Source of the DNA: Nitrosopumilus sp.
Lineage (GTDB): Archaea > Thermoproteota > Nitrososphaeria > Nitrososphaerales > Nitrosopumilaceae
Direction: 5' to 3'
Assembly (NCBI GenBank): GCA_965205425.1
Contig: CBDBGZ010000009.1
Location: forward strand, 736,001 to 800,000
DNA length: 64,000 nucleotides
Position 1 is the first letter of the stretch; each line of letters begins with the position of its first letter. The position numbers and the translations under genes were made by a program. The notes under the pieces were generated by a model. It did no database searches. It had not been told where the DNA came from and saw nothing but the letters and a program-made list of their open reading frames with translations. Below, piece after piece: positions 1 to 9,346 of the stretch.

Positions 1-12
1 TTTAATTAATCA

Positions 13-1197
13 ATGACAACAAAACTAGCAATTTCATCTATCTTTGCAATTCTGTTTGTTGGGATTATAATTCCTATCTTTGCAGACCAAATGAATAACC
101 CTGATGATGATGATGTAGCCCCGGCACCTCCAAGTATTGGAGCTGACATTCCCTTAACCTACTTTGGTCCAGCACCAAGTGATGTACAAAAGGAATTGAT
201 TGGTCCATACCAGTTACTAAAATCTGGTCAGATTGATCTTGATGAGGCAACAATCACTTTACCATTGTATAAGGGTCTGGTTCGTGATGGCTTTGATAAA
301 TACAAAACTGTCTGGTATATCTTAACTGATACAACTGACAAAGGAAATGCAGAAGCTTTAGGGTTGAATCATTCACCCAAGCTAAAGTATTCTGAAATAT
401 CACAATCAATAAGATATGCAAAAATAAATGAAAACGCAGAACTTGTGTTTACTAGAGGCATGGTTGATTTCTCACCTGAACGAATCGTATCTCCTGGTAT
501 TGATTCACCATTCCCTCCAGAAATCTTTCAGCCAGGATCTGTAGGTGATGAGCATTATTCACCGTTGGTACTGGTAACTAACGCAGGACGGGAAATATAC
601 AATGCACCAATGATCGCAGCAGGTGATGGATTCTCATACTGTGATGGAACGCCTGATTATTCAAAAGTACATGATAAGGTAGTGGCGTTTTGTCCTGAAG
701 AGGGAACAGTTACCATAAAACTAACACCTGGGTTTAGCTTTGCAAGACCCGTGCTGTATATCAGCACTGAGAGCAATCATCCATTAGCTGCAACACTTGA
801 AGGTGCAACACTAACACCGTCTCTAGGAAAAATCCCAATAGGTGGTGATGATTCTGCATTCTCGGCAGTTGAGAGAATCTTTGTAATGGCTAATGGTCCA
901 ACAGGTGATAAAAATCCACAAAGACAGGGATTAAATTCAGCAATTGTTGATCATAGATCTCCACTAAATGTGTTAGGTGGAATACCAACTATAGCTACTG
1001 ATTACTCACCGCTTTGGGATGTTAATCTAGGATTTTGGACGGATGAAGCACTAGAAAAACACTATGACTCTAGGGTTACTGAGGAATTCCAAATATTAGG
1101 CCTTGTAGAGCAAGGATGGATTACAGGTCCTGATGGTGGAGAGTTTGGCAGTACAGGTATAATAGTTAACTGTCCAATTGTGTTTAGATTTTTATAA
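13..1197 (+). CDS. Secreted hypothetical protein with an internal two-fold repeat (YSPL motifs)
   Basis: 394-aa ORF; hydrophobic N-terminal signal-like segment; EHYSPLV/DYSPLW and NAPMI/NCPIV repeated. Confidence 0.6.
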   Translation: MTTKLAISSIFAILFVGIIIPIFADQMNNPDDDDVAPAPPSIGADIPLTYFGPAPSDVQKELIGPYQLLKSGQIDLDEATITLPLYKGLVRDGFDKYKTVWYILTDTTDKGNAEALGLNHSPKLKYSEISQSIRYAKINENAELVFTRGMVDFSPERIVSPGIDSPFPPEIFQPGSVGDEHYSPLVLVTNAGREIYNAPMIAAGDGFSYCDGTPDYSKVHDKVVAFCPEEGTVTIKLTPGFSFARPVLYISTESNHPLAATLEGATLTPSLGKIPIGGDDSAFSAVERIFVMANGPTGDKNPQRQGLNSAIVDHRSPLNVLGGIPTIATDYSPLWDVNLGFWTDEALEKHYDSRVTEEFQILGLVEQGWITGPDGGEFGSTGIIVNCPIVFRFL

Positions 1198-1252
1198 ACA
1201 CTCTTTTCTTTTTTTAGCAAAATGTCTCCAAAAAAATCAAGACAATATTTTT

Positions 1253-1275
1253 GGCAATGCACCGTCAGTTGGAAC
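1253..1275. mobile_element. Orphan IS1595-like terminal inverted repeat
   Basis: GGCAATGCACCGTCAGTTGGAAC closely matches the left end GGTAATACCCCGTCAGTTGGAAC of the element at 4242. Confidence 0.55.
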
Positions 1276-1447
1276 AAAGAATAACCATAAACAGATGGAA
1301 ATGCCCGAATTAAATTTTCGTATATTATAATCATCATCTCAAATTATACGACACTTGGCTGTTGCGTGCAAACTTTGCATACAAAAACAATGCCTGTTGG
1401 AAGTACTGCAATGTACGATACAGATGACGGACGGACAGGCGGTTCAT

Positions 1448-1675
1448 CAGTAGATGGGAAAGTACCTCAATTTAGATCAGAAACTATCAAGTGTTTCATC
1501 TAATTATTCAGATAGAAAAAGCTTGATGGAAGTGTGTCGTTCCATCAAAGCATGTGTTGTACTTCATTTGATACTCTGAGACACCAAGGTCTAAAATCAT
1601 CACAGGCATTTGAGATTGTCGCTAAAGTAATGTATAGCATCTTGTCGTTTCCATGTTCTGTAAAACACAAAATGA
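1448..1675 (+). mobile_element. Truncated left end of an ISH3-like IS
   Basis: Starts CAGTAGATGGGAAAGTAC, same TIR as element 53316-54634; peptide CTSFDTLRHQG...CS parallels ORF 53418; right boundary approximate. Confidence 0.8.
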
Positions 1676-1937
1676 GTTGCGCAATTACAAGCAAAAATCT
1701 AACTTTTCTATCATTTAATTTCTAATTTTATGGAATTACAACAAATTCTTCTTTCCATTTTATCTTGAAATTGACAATCCCGCAAACAATCTCACTTATT
1801 ACATCATACCTGCATAATTTGTTCCTAAACACATCTCTGCTAATTCTAAATTTCTTGATTTGGGCAATGACGTGCTCTACTTTGATTCTAATCTTTGATT
1901 GTGTCTTGTTCCACTTTTTCTGAGAAATGGTTAACTC

Positions 1938-2908
1938 GGCCTTGTAGAAACCATCTGATTTTAACCCAATTGTGATACATTTTAGCTAATTTAGATCCAT
2001 TAGGATTGTATTTGCAGATTACAGTATGGTCTCATCATACGTCAAAATGTGCAAAACACTACTCAATATAATCACCAGATGCAGAATTCCCAGGTTCTTA
2101 CATCCAAAATCAAATCATATCTATTCTGTTTGGACACATCTCATACTCTTGGCAATACGACAGTACGAATCAAAGAGTTATAGAAGATTTACAGAATTTT
2201 TAGAAGAATGTGTAGGAATTCAGGAATATCTTGGTTTGTCTACCATTCCACATTACACCACACTACAAAAGGCAGCTGCAAGACTGGAAGGAAATCTGTT
2301 ACATAAAATGTTGCAGGAATTCATTTTGTACAAAAAAGTCAGACTGGTTCTAGCTGGAATTGATGGTAGCGGATTCAGTTACAGTACAGCATCATACTAT
2401 TATACAAAAAGAGTACAGTTACGCAGGAATTTCCTAAAAGTTGTTGTTTGTGCTGACATGAATACACAGCTTGTTTGCTGTGTCATGACACACCACAACA
2501 TGCAACATGATAATCCTGATTTTCTGCCATTGTTGTACAAAACCAACAATATTGTTCCAGTTGATATTGTGTTAGGTGACATGGGTTTTGATGATGAGAA
2601 TAACCATGTTGGTGCAGAACAGATCAACACAGCTGCAATAATTCCAACTCGATATGGAACAGTTCCAATTTACAGAACCAGTGGAATTCATAGAAAGGAG
2701 ATGAAGAGGAACTTTCCTGTACAATTGTACCATCAGAGAAACAAATCTGAAACAATCTTTTTTGTGATCAAACAGATAATGTCAGGAGATGTCACATCAA
2801 GAAATGTTACAACTCAGGACAATGAGATGTTGTACAGGTTAATTGCATACAATGCTTACAGGATTAGAAAATTAGATTTTGTTATTTTATCATGGTTTCT
2901 ACAAGGCC
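1938..2908 (+). mobile_element. IS5-family, IS903-like insertion sequence (971 bp)
   Basis: Perfect 17-bp TIR GGCCTTGTAGAAACCAT; 9-bp target duplication GGTTAACTC at 1929-1937 and 2909-2917. Confidence 0.92.
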
Positions 2909-2946
2909 GGTTAACTCTTTTCCTTTTTTCTTCTTGTATGGTATAG
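2026..2946 (+). CDS. DDE transposase (IS5 family)
   Basis: IDGSG, GDMGFD and YHQRNKSETIF DDE motifs; stop codon lies outside the right TIR. Confidence 0.9.
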   Translation: MVSSYVKMCKTLLNIITRCRIPRFLHPKSNHIYSVWTHLILLAIRQYESKSYRRFTEFLEECVGIQEYLGLSTIPHYTTLQKAAARLEGNLLHKMLQEFILYKKVRLVLAGIDGSGFSYSTASYYYTKRVQLRRNFLKVVVCADMNTQLVCCVMTHHNMQHDNPDFLPLLYKTNNIVPVDIVLGDMGFDDENNHVGAEQINTAAIIPTRYGTVPIYRTSGIHRKEMKRNFPVQLYHQRNKSETIFFVIKQIMSGDVTSRNVTTQDNEMLYRLIAYNAYRIRKLDFVILSWFLQGRLTLFLFSSCMV

Positions 2947-3075
2947 CGAAAAGATAAAGTTCATGAACTAAATAATTTCAAAAAACTAGAAATCAGATGA
3001 TTTTACCTATAGGTAAATACGAATAAACAGTCTGAAACACCTTGAAAATAGTTCACGAACTTATGCTTCTCGCTA
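2944..3075. mobile_element. 132-bp MITE, copy 1
   Basis: TIR TAGCGA(A/G)AAG, flanked by TA on both sides, subterminal GTTCAYGAAC palindromes; near-identical inverted copy at 4830-4960. Confidence 0.9.
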
Positions 3076-3896
3076 TAGAATGCTGATTTGATCTTCAAAA
3101 TCTTTTTGAATCCCCAAATATCCAAGGTCATAAAATATCATCACATCTTCGTGTAGTGTAGGATACTTTATTTTCAGTACGGCATAATCATGTTTTTTAC
3201 CTGGAGAATGTGGGGGTTTGTGGATTATCTCACCTTTCTGGTTTATGATGATTTGGTTTTTTATTGTGTGTTTTTTCTTTTTGCCTGAATAGTGAGTCTT
3301 TCTTTTCTTTTTGTTCTGGGGTCTTGGGATTGGTTGTTCAGTACCATCAGTCATTGCAATCAATTCTGGAAAGAACAGTTGGAGTTGCTGTACATCATTT
3401 ATTTTTTTAGAATCAGAGTATAGTTTTGCAGGAATAGGAACTGTTTTTCTCACTGCAGGCTCTAAATACCTGATGTTTCTGTAGACGTTGCTCTGGTCTA
3501 ATCCAAACAGATATCCTGTCAATTCACATGTCAGGTACATCCGATAGTAAACAAACAACATTACAAGCTGGTCTTCAAGACTCAAATCAAACTTTCGCCC
3601 AGCTCCGATACTTCTTTTTCTCTTTGCTTTGGATAATCTCTTCTTTTCTTCTATACGGTGATTCTTTCTGACATCCTTTAGAATCACATCAAACTGTTGC
3701 CTAGTCACTCCAGTAAAAGAGAGAAGTGATTTTGGCTTTTTTGAGAGTTGCTTGTATGTTAACATGAAATGTGTTAAGGTTGTTCTTAGCTTTGGATCTT
3801 GCTGTGAAGGAATTTGTGTAATATGATAAAATATGTCTAATTACGCAAGAGGTCTAGTAATTACTTGATGGTACTATTATAGTGACTAAATAAGAA

Positions 3897-3970
3897 TGGG
3901 AACGGCAGGATTTGAACCTGCGACCACTAGTCCCCCAGACTAGTATCATACCAAGCTAGACTACGATCCC
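3897..3970 (-). tRNA. tRNA-Pro(GGG)
   Basis: Reverse complement GGGATCGTAGTCTAGCTTGGTATGATACTAGTCT-GGG-GGACTAGTGGTCGCAGGTTCAAATCCTGCCGTTCCCA; cloverleaf with GTTCAAATC T-loop. Confidence 0.95.
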
Positions 3971-4023
3971 TCGCTTCAGAGGCACAAAATGAAATTATTA
4001 AATCGTCCTATTGATAAATAGAT

Positions 4024-4221
4024 TTGATGAAACTTTGTAATATTTGTCACAAGATTTCTGGAACTGACCAAGATCATCTTGATTGTATTCAAAAAAGAAG
4101 TATAGAATTAGAAGCTGAAGATTTTAAAAATAATATTCCAGAAAAACTTAATCTTTCAAATAATACTCAAGAAATAGGTGTGGAAGTTAGAGCAATTTTA
4201 GAACATCTCTCAAAAAAATAA
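4024..4221 (+). CDS. Small hypothetical protein (CxxC...HxxC)
   Basis: 65-aa ORF divergent from the tRNA. Confidence 0.55.
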   Translation: MMKLCNICHKISGTDQDHLDCIQKRSIELEAEDFKNNIPEKLNLSNNTQEIGVEVRAILEHLSKK

Positions 4222-4241
4222 AGATTCAGATGAATAAATTA

Positions 4242-4703
4242 GGTAATACCCCGTCAGTTGGAACAAATAACAAAGAATATTTTCAAATTATTTATGCCTA
4301 AGTTGTGCCTGAGAAACTTTGTTTCCCAATTACACTATTTGAGCCTGAAAATTTATGATCCAAGTCTTCTTCAATGATACTTTGAGCCTAGATTGTATAA
4401 TTAGGAAACAAAGTTCTACGCCGATGAGTATACAGCATATGCATCATTGATAATGAGAGGAAAACACAAGGTTGTATCTCATGGAAAAGATGAGTATGCT
4501 AGAGGCGATGTTCACATCAATGGAATGGAGGGATTTTGGAGTTATGCTAAAACTTGGATGTATCATTACAGAGGAGTTTCTAAACAGTATTTTCATCTGT
4601 ATCTCAAAGAGATAGAATTTGGATTCAACAACAGAGATGAGAATATCTTTGAAATGTTAGCAAAAATGCTTGTAAAACCTGTTCCAAATGAGTAGGTATT
4701 ACC
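4242..4703 (+). mobile_element. Internally deleted IS1595-family element (462 bp)
   Basis: Imperfect 23-bp TIR GGTAATACC...TTGGAAC; 8-bp TSD ATAAATTA at 4234-4241 and 4704-4711; residual ORF with HINGMEGFWSYAK...YLKEIEF. Confidence 0.9.
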
Positions 4704-4708
4704 ATAAA

Positions 4709-5534
4709 TTAAAACCATTTTGATAGTCTTTCTTTTTCAAATTCAATTTTTTTAGAAAGATTATCAGTTGTTGATTCTGTAAGATTTGTTAATGGTTTAT
4801 CATTTGAAAACATATCAACTTCAATAATATAGCGAGAAGCATATGTTCATGAACTATTTTCAAGGTGTTTCAGACTGTTTATTCGTATTTACCTTAGGTA
4901 AAATCATCTAATCTCTAGTTTTTTGATGATTTTTAGTTCACGAACTTTATCTTTTCGCTATAGGAGCTGGACTGTAAAAGTCAATTTGTATAGAATCACG
5001 AATTACACGTTTTCTAAGCATGGAATCTATTAGTAAACTAGCCTCAAATGGTGCTGGTGTACATTTGTAAGGCATTCCCATTATAGAAATTGCAATTTTC
5101 CCAGATGTCATAGTCTCAAGTTTCTTACGAATTTCTGAAAGTTGATTATGATCATATAGATTGAATCCATATTCTTCTAATCCTGATATTTTTTGAGGAG
5201 CTAATACTGCACCCATTGAAATGATTAGAAAATCAAAAGAAATTGTTTGTGATTTAGTTTCAACATTTTTGTTTGTAAGATTTATTGATAAAATTTCATT
5301 TTTAATGAAATTAATTTCTTTTTTTGGTAATTCGTTTAGTGAACCAATTGAATTTTCAAAGGTACGAGTTCCATTAATGATCCATAATTTTGCAAATCCA
5401 ACCATAAACCAATCTTTTTTATCAATTACAGTAATTTTCACTTCAGATGATGATAATGTATTTCTTAATTCATTTGCAGATGAAAGTCCTCCAAAACCTC
5501 CTCCTAAAATTACAACATGAGGAATATTTGACAA
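4709..5534 (-). pseudogene. SQR/FCSD-like FAD-dependent oxidoreductase, disrupted
   Basis: GGGFGG Rossmann motif and YKCTPAPFE; ORF runs into the MITE; apparent C-terminal tail IIEVDMFS...KIEFEKERLSKWF* lies at 4709-4828. Confidence 0.8.
4830..4960. mobile_element. 131-bp MITE, copy 2 (inverted relative to copy 1)
   Basis: TAGCGAGAAG...CTTTTCGCTA flanked by TA. Confidence 0.9.
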
Positions 5535-5535
5535 C

Positions 5536-6297
5536 TTATCTTTCTTGAGTTGTAGGTCGAATTAGAATTTCATTTACATTAACGTATGATGGTGAATCAA
5601 CAGCATACAAAATTGCATTTGCAATGTCTTCTGCATGTAAAGCTTCCATCTTTTTTGCATTTTCAATAAATCCTTGTAAGGATTCATCAGTAATTGTATC
5701 ATTAAGTTCTGTATCAACAACTCCTGGTTCAATGCTAGTCACCCTAATGTTGGAACGTACACTAAATTCTTGTCTTAATCCCTCACTAAATGCTGCAACT
5801 GCATGTTTTGTTGCACAATAAACACTACCAGCAGGAAAAACAATTCTTCCAGCTACAGAAGAGAGATTAACTATATGGCCAGATTTTTTTTCTTTCATAT
5901 GGGTAATCACAGCACCTGTTGAATACAAAACACCTTTGATGTTGACATCAATCATTCTATCCCATTCATCTACTTTGAGGCTTTTGAAGAAACTAAGAGG
6001 CATCAAACCAGCATTATTTACAAGAATATCAATAGATCCCCATTTATCTAAAACCGCTTTAGCAAAATTTTCACATTCAGATCTTTGTGTTACATCTAAT
6101 TTTTGAAAAAATACTTCTCCACCATCAGAAGATATTTTTTTTGCGAGCTCTTCTAATCGGTCAACTCGTCTTGCACCTATAGCAACTTTTGCTCCAGCTT
6201 TTGATAAGGCTAAAGCAGTAGCAAATCCAATACCACTACTTGCACCAGTAATAATTGCAACTTTATCTTTAATCATAAAAAAACTAAATTTGATCAT
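5536..6297 (-). CDS. Short-chain dehydrogenase/reductase
   Basis: TGASSGIG, NNAG and YCATK motifs. Confidence 0.92.
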   Translation of the reverse strand: MIKFSFFMIKDKVAIITGASSGIGFATALALSKAGAKVAIGARRVDRLEELAKKISSDGGEVFFQKLDVTQRSECENFAKAVLDKWGSIDILVNNAGLMPLSFFKSLKVDEWDRMIDVNIKGVLYSTGAVITHMKEKKSGHIVNLSSVAGRIVFPAGSVYCATKHAVAAFSEGLRQEFSVRSNIRVTSIEPGVVDTELNDTITDESLQGFIENAKKMEALHAEDIANAILYAVDSPSYVNVNEILIRPTTQER

Positions 6298-6375
6298 CGT
6301 AAAAATGTTTAGACCATACTAAAATTAAGAACAAATACTAGCACCTTTATTAAAAGAAAAATAGTAATTGGAAAT

Positions 6376-6597
6376 ATGGAATCTGAAAAATGTGCATATT
6401 GTGGAGATTTAACAGATATGCCATTTCAGTGTAATTATTGTAAAGATCCTTTTTGTGCGGAACATAGACTTCCTGAAGAACACAGATGTGTAAAACTAAG
6501 CCAGATTAGAGCAAAAAGATTTGGTGAGAAAAAAATTATTCGTGATGGTGGACGTAACAAACCAAATATTTTAAAACGAATTTTTGGAAGATTTTAA
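6376..6597 (+). CDS. AN1-type zinc finger protein
   Basis: CAYC...FQCNYCKDPFCAEHRLPEEHRC. Confidence 0.85.
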   Translation: MESEKCAYCGDLTDMPFQCNYCKDPFCAEHRLPEEHRCVKLSQIRAKRFGEKKIIRDGGRNKPNILKRIFGRF

Positions 6598-6599
6598 AA

Positions 6600-6914
6600 T
6601 CAATAAGGACTTTTGTCTGGAGAGATTTTTGCCCGTCTTCCTTGGTAAATTAAAGCAATAGCAAGTGCAAACATAACCATTGCAGTCATTGGAAAATTTT
6701 TAGGCGGAGATAAAATTAACCAAATATCAACATCAACCATGCTTCCTAGACCATATGATATTGCAAATCCAATCGATACAATAGCCTGTATCCATAATTT
6801 TATCCATTTTGGAGCTTTTACCAATCTGCTTATAGCTTCAATAGCAAAAATTCCCATCACTGGAAAAATAGAGTATAAGAGAAAATCAAAAACTTCAACG
6901 CCTGTATGAGACAT
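6600..6914 (-). CDS. Small membrane protein
   Basis: Three hydrophobic segments. Confidence 0.65.
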   Translation of the reverse strand: MSHTGVEVFDFLLYSIFPVMGIFAIEAISRLVKAPKWIKLWIQAIVSIGFAISYGLGSMVDVDIWLILSPPKNFPMTAMVMFALAIALIYQGRRAKISPDKSPY

Positions 6915-6945
6915 ACAATATGATATTGATAGGTATAATTTCTAT

Positions 6946-7503
6946 CTAGTCTTCCAAATGTACCTTCGTTGCAACATTTTTGGCAATTAAAGCCTGGGCA
7001 TTCTCATATGGAATTGTAGCTATATCTTCAGTTTTGAAAGGTCCATATTTTTCAAGATCAGCACCGACAATTTCATCTACTTCATTTAGAAATCGAATAA
7101 CTATTTTCTTAGTTTTATGGTTTTGAGCTAATGATTCTAAAAATTTTGATTTTCCATTAATTGTTGCAGAAAGAATCGTCTCTGTCCTCTCTTTTTGATC
7201 CTCTTGTGAATCAAGAATGAATTTTTCTTCATCTAAGAGGTGACTTATTTCAAAATCTTCGGATTTTGAAATTTTTTCTAATCGAATTTCTATTAGTAAT
7301 GATGCTAATTCTGTAACCATTTCTATCATTGTGTCTTTGATTTTATTTTCTACTCCATCAAACTCTTGTTTTCTTAAATTTCCAATAAAATCAGCTAGAT
7401 TTCTGTAAAAGTTTGGATTAATTTCTAAAATTGAATCACTTTCAGTTTCACGTAAAACAGAATGATGTAGAGAATTGATATCGATTTGATTTGATTCTGA
7501 CAT
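6946..7503 (-). CDS. GINS complex subunit (Gins51-like)
   Basis: Helical A-domain followed by B-domain IRFL...VGADLEKYGPF...IPYENAQALI. Confidence 0.8.
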   Translation of the reverse strand: MSESNQIDINSLHHSVLRETESDSILEINPNFYRNLADFIGNLRKQEFDGVENKIKDTMIEMVTELASLLIEIRLEKISKSEDFEISHLLDEEKFILDSQEDQKERTETILSATINGKSKFLESLAQNHKTKKIVIRFLNEVDEIVGADLEKYGPFKTEDIATIPYENAQALIAKNVATKVHLED

Positions 7504-7544
7504 TTCTTACCTAATCCTTAAATGGCTGATGTATTTGTGTTTGA

Positions 7545-9017
7545 TTGAAGAATAAATTGCCATATAAAGTCAGCCACGGTAAAGCAATCCCAATATCATA
7601 CTCATCTGACGAAGTCTTTTCAAGAATTCAACATGAAGGTATTCAGTTTATCGATCTACAATTTACAGGACTTACAGGTCATTTTCATCATACCACAATT
7701 TCAGCAAATACCTTTACTCCAGAACAAATGAGAGATGGATTACCAAAATTAGATGGTTCATCGATTATTGGTTTTACAAGTATTGATGATTCAGATTTAC
7801 TTTTAAAACCTGATCCAAATACATTTGCAATAATTCCTTGGATGACTGAAAATAAAACTGCCAGACTTCTATGTGATGTTTATTGGGGTGAAGATAGAGG
7901 ACGATTATCAAGAGATCCTAGAGGCATTTCTCAAAAAGCTGAAGAATATATCAAAACTCAAGGATATGATTTTAGTACATGGGGTCCTGAAGTTGAATTC
8001 TTTGTATTTGATAAAGTTCATTGGGATGTTCTAACACCATACAAAGGTCAATCATATTCAATTGAATCAAAAGAAGCTCCATGGAATCAATCAGGTGATG
8101 GATATCCTATGGGATTACAGGAGGGTTACTATCCAAGTACTCCAGCAGATACTCTTACACCATACAGGAATGAATGTGTAAATATTCTCAATAAAAATTT
8201 CGGAATTTTATGTGATAACCATCATCATGAAGTAGCAACAGCAGGACAGTGTGAAATTGATATCAAATATGATCACATGACAAATGCTGCAGATGCTGCA
8301 CAATCATACAAGTATGTTATTAGAAATGTCGCACAAAAATATGGCAAAGTTGCAACAATGATGCCAAAACCAATAGCAATGGATTCAGGTTCTGGTATGC
8401 ATGTTAACGTTAGTTTATGGAAAGACAATCTCAATGCATTTTATGATCCAGATGATGAAATTGAATTAAGCCAACTTGGAAGATATTTCTGTGGTGGAAT
8501 AATTAACCATGCAAAAGCATTATCTGCTATTTGTAATCCGACTACCAATTCATACCATAGATTAGTTCCAGGATATGAGGCTCCAGCATATATTGCATGG
8601 AGTTCAGGAAACCGTTCTGCAATAGTTAGAGTCCCAAAACATCTTAGAGGAAAAAATTATGCTAATCTTAAAAGACTTGAATTTAGAGCACCAGATCCTT
8701 CATCAAATCCATATCTTGTATTTGCAGCAGTTACTGCAGCAGGAATGGATGGAGTAAAGAAAAAGATGGATCCTGGAGAGGAAGTTCGTGATGATATCTT
8801 CAAAATGACAAAATCAGATAGGGCAAAAAGAGGAATTGGAGTTTTGCCAAAAAGTCTCGGTGAAGCATTAGATGAGTTAGAGAGTGATAGAAAATTCCTT
8901 AATCCAATTTACACAAATGACGTTGTAGACAAAATTATTGAATTAGAAAGAAGAGATCAGCGTGAAATAGCCATTAGACCACACCCACATGAATTCTATC
9001 TATACTTTGATGTTTAA
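7545..9017 (+). CDS. glnA: Glutamine synthetase type I
   Basis: DGSSI, GPEVEFF, HHHEVA, MPKP, GSGMH, RLVPGYEAP, EFRAPD. Confidence 0.97.
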   Translation: MKNKLPYKVSHGKAIPISYSSDEVFSRIQHEGIQFIDLQFTGLTGHFHHTTISANTFTPEQMRDGLPKLDGSSIIGFTSIDDSDLLLKPDPNTFAIIPWMTENKTARLLCDVYWGEDRGRLSRDPRGISQKAEEYIKTQGYDFSTWGPEVEFFVFDKVHWDVLTPYKGQSYSIESKEAPWNQSGDGYPMGLQEGYYPSTPADTLTPYRNECVNILNKNFGILCDNHHHEVATAGQCEIDIKYDHMTNAADAAQSYKYVIRNVAQKYGKVATMMPKPIAMDSGSGMHVNVSLWKDNLNAFYDPDDEIELSQLGRYFCGGIINHAKALSAICNPTTNSYHRLVPGYEAPAYIAWSSGNRSAIVRVPKHLRGKNYANLKRLEFRAPDPSSNPYLVFAAVTAAGMDGVKKKMDPGEEVRDDIFKMTKSDRAKRGIGVLPKSLGEALDELESDRKFLNPIYTNDVVDKIIELERRDQREIAIRPHPHEFYLYFDV

Positions 9018-9292
9018 GCTCTTCCAGTAAATTGAAAAATATAGTATAATGAAATAGCCATTAAAGCAAATCCACTTCCTAGAAATATTGCTCTTTTACT
9101 TTCAGATGTAGCAGCTCTGTATAACAAAACTCCACCTGCAAGACCAACAAATAATATCAATACTCCACTAATTGTTCCGTTGAAACTTGATTCGGTAATA
9201 AGCGGATGAAAGATTCCTGAAAGTAATGCAAAAAAGGCAACTAGGTAAACGTATTTGAAACTAGTTAGCATTTTGGAAGATGTTTTATTCAA
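9014..9292 (-). CDS. Small membrane protein
   Basis: Three TM-like segments. Confidence 0.65.
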   Translation of the reverse strand: MNKTSSKMLTSFKYVYLVAFFALLSGIFHPLITESSFNGTISGVLILFVGLAGGVLLYRAATSESKRAIFLGSGFALMAISLYYIFQFTGRA

Positions 9293-9346
9293 TGTTGTTC
9301 GTAAATTTGATTAACAATTAAAGTTTTGAAATTTTTTCAAAATAAT

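Larger units (their letters stand above)
1728..3765 (-). pseudogene. IS5-family (ISL2-like, HTH + DDE_Tnp_4) transposase split by two nested insertions
   Basis: N-part 3076-3765 (DGTEQPIPRP, YSGKKKKH, DLGYLG) rejoins in frame as ISIL-PYKKKKGKELT-ISQKKWNKTQSKIRIKVEHVIAQIKKFRI once the MITE and the IS903-like element are removed; likely TIR near 3838-3856. Confidence 0.85.

Noticed and set aside
1340..1447. GC-richer fragment encoding MPVGSTAMYDTDDGRTGGS
   Set aside because: Possibly a gene relic cut by ISH3, but too short to assign
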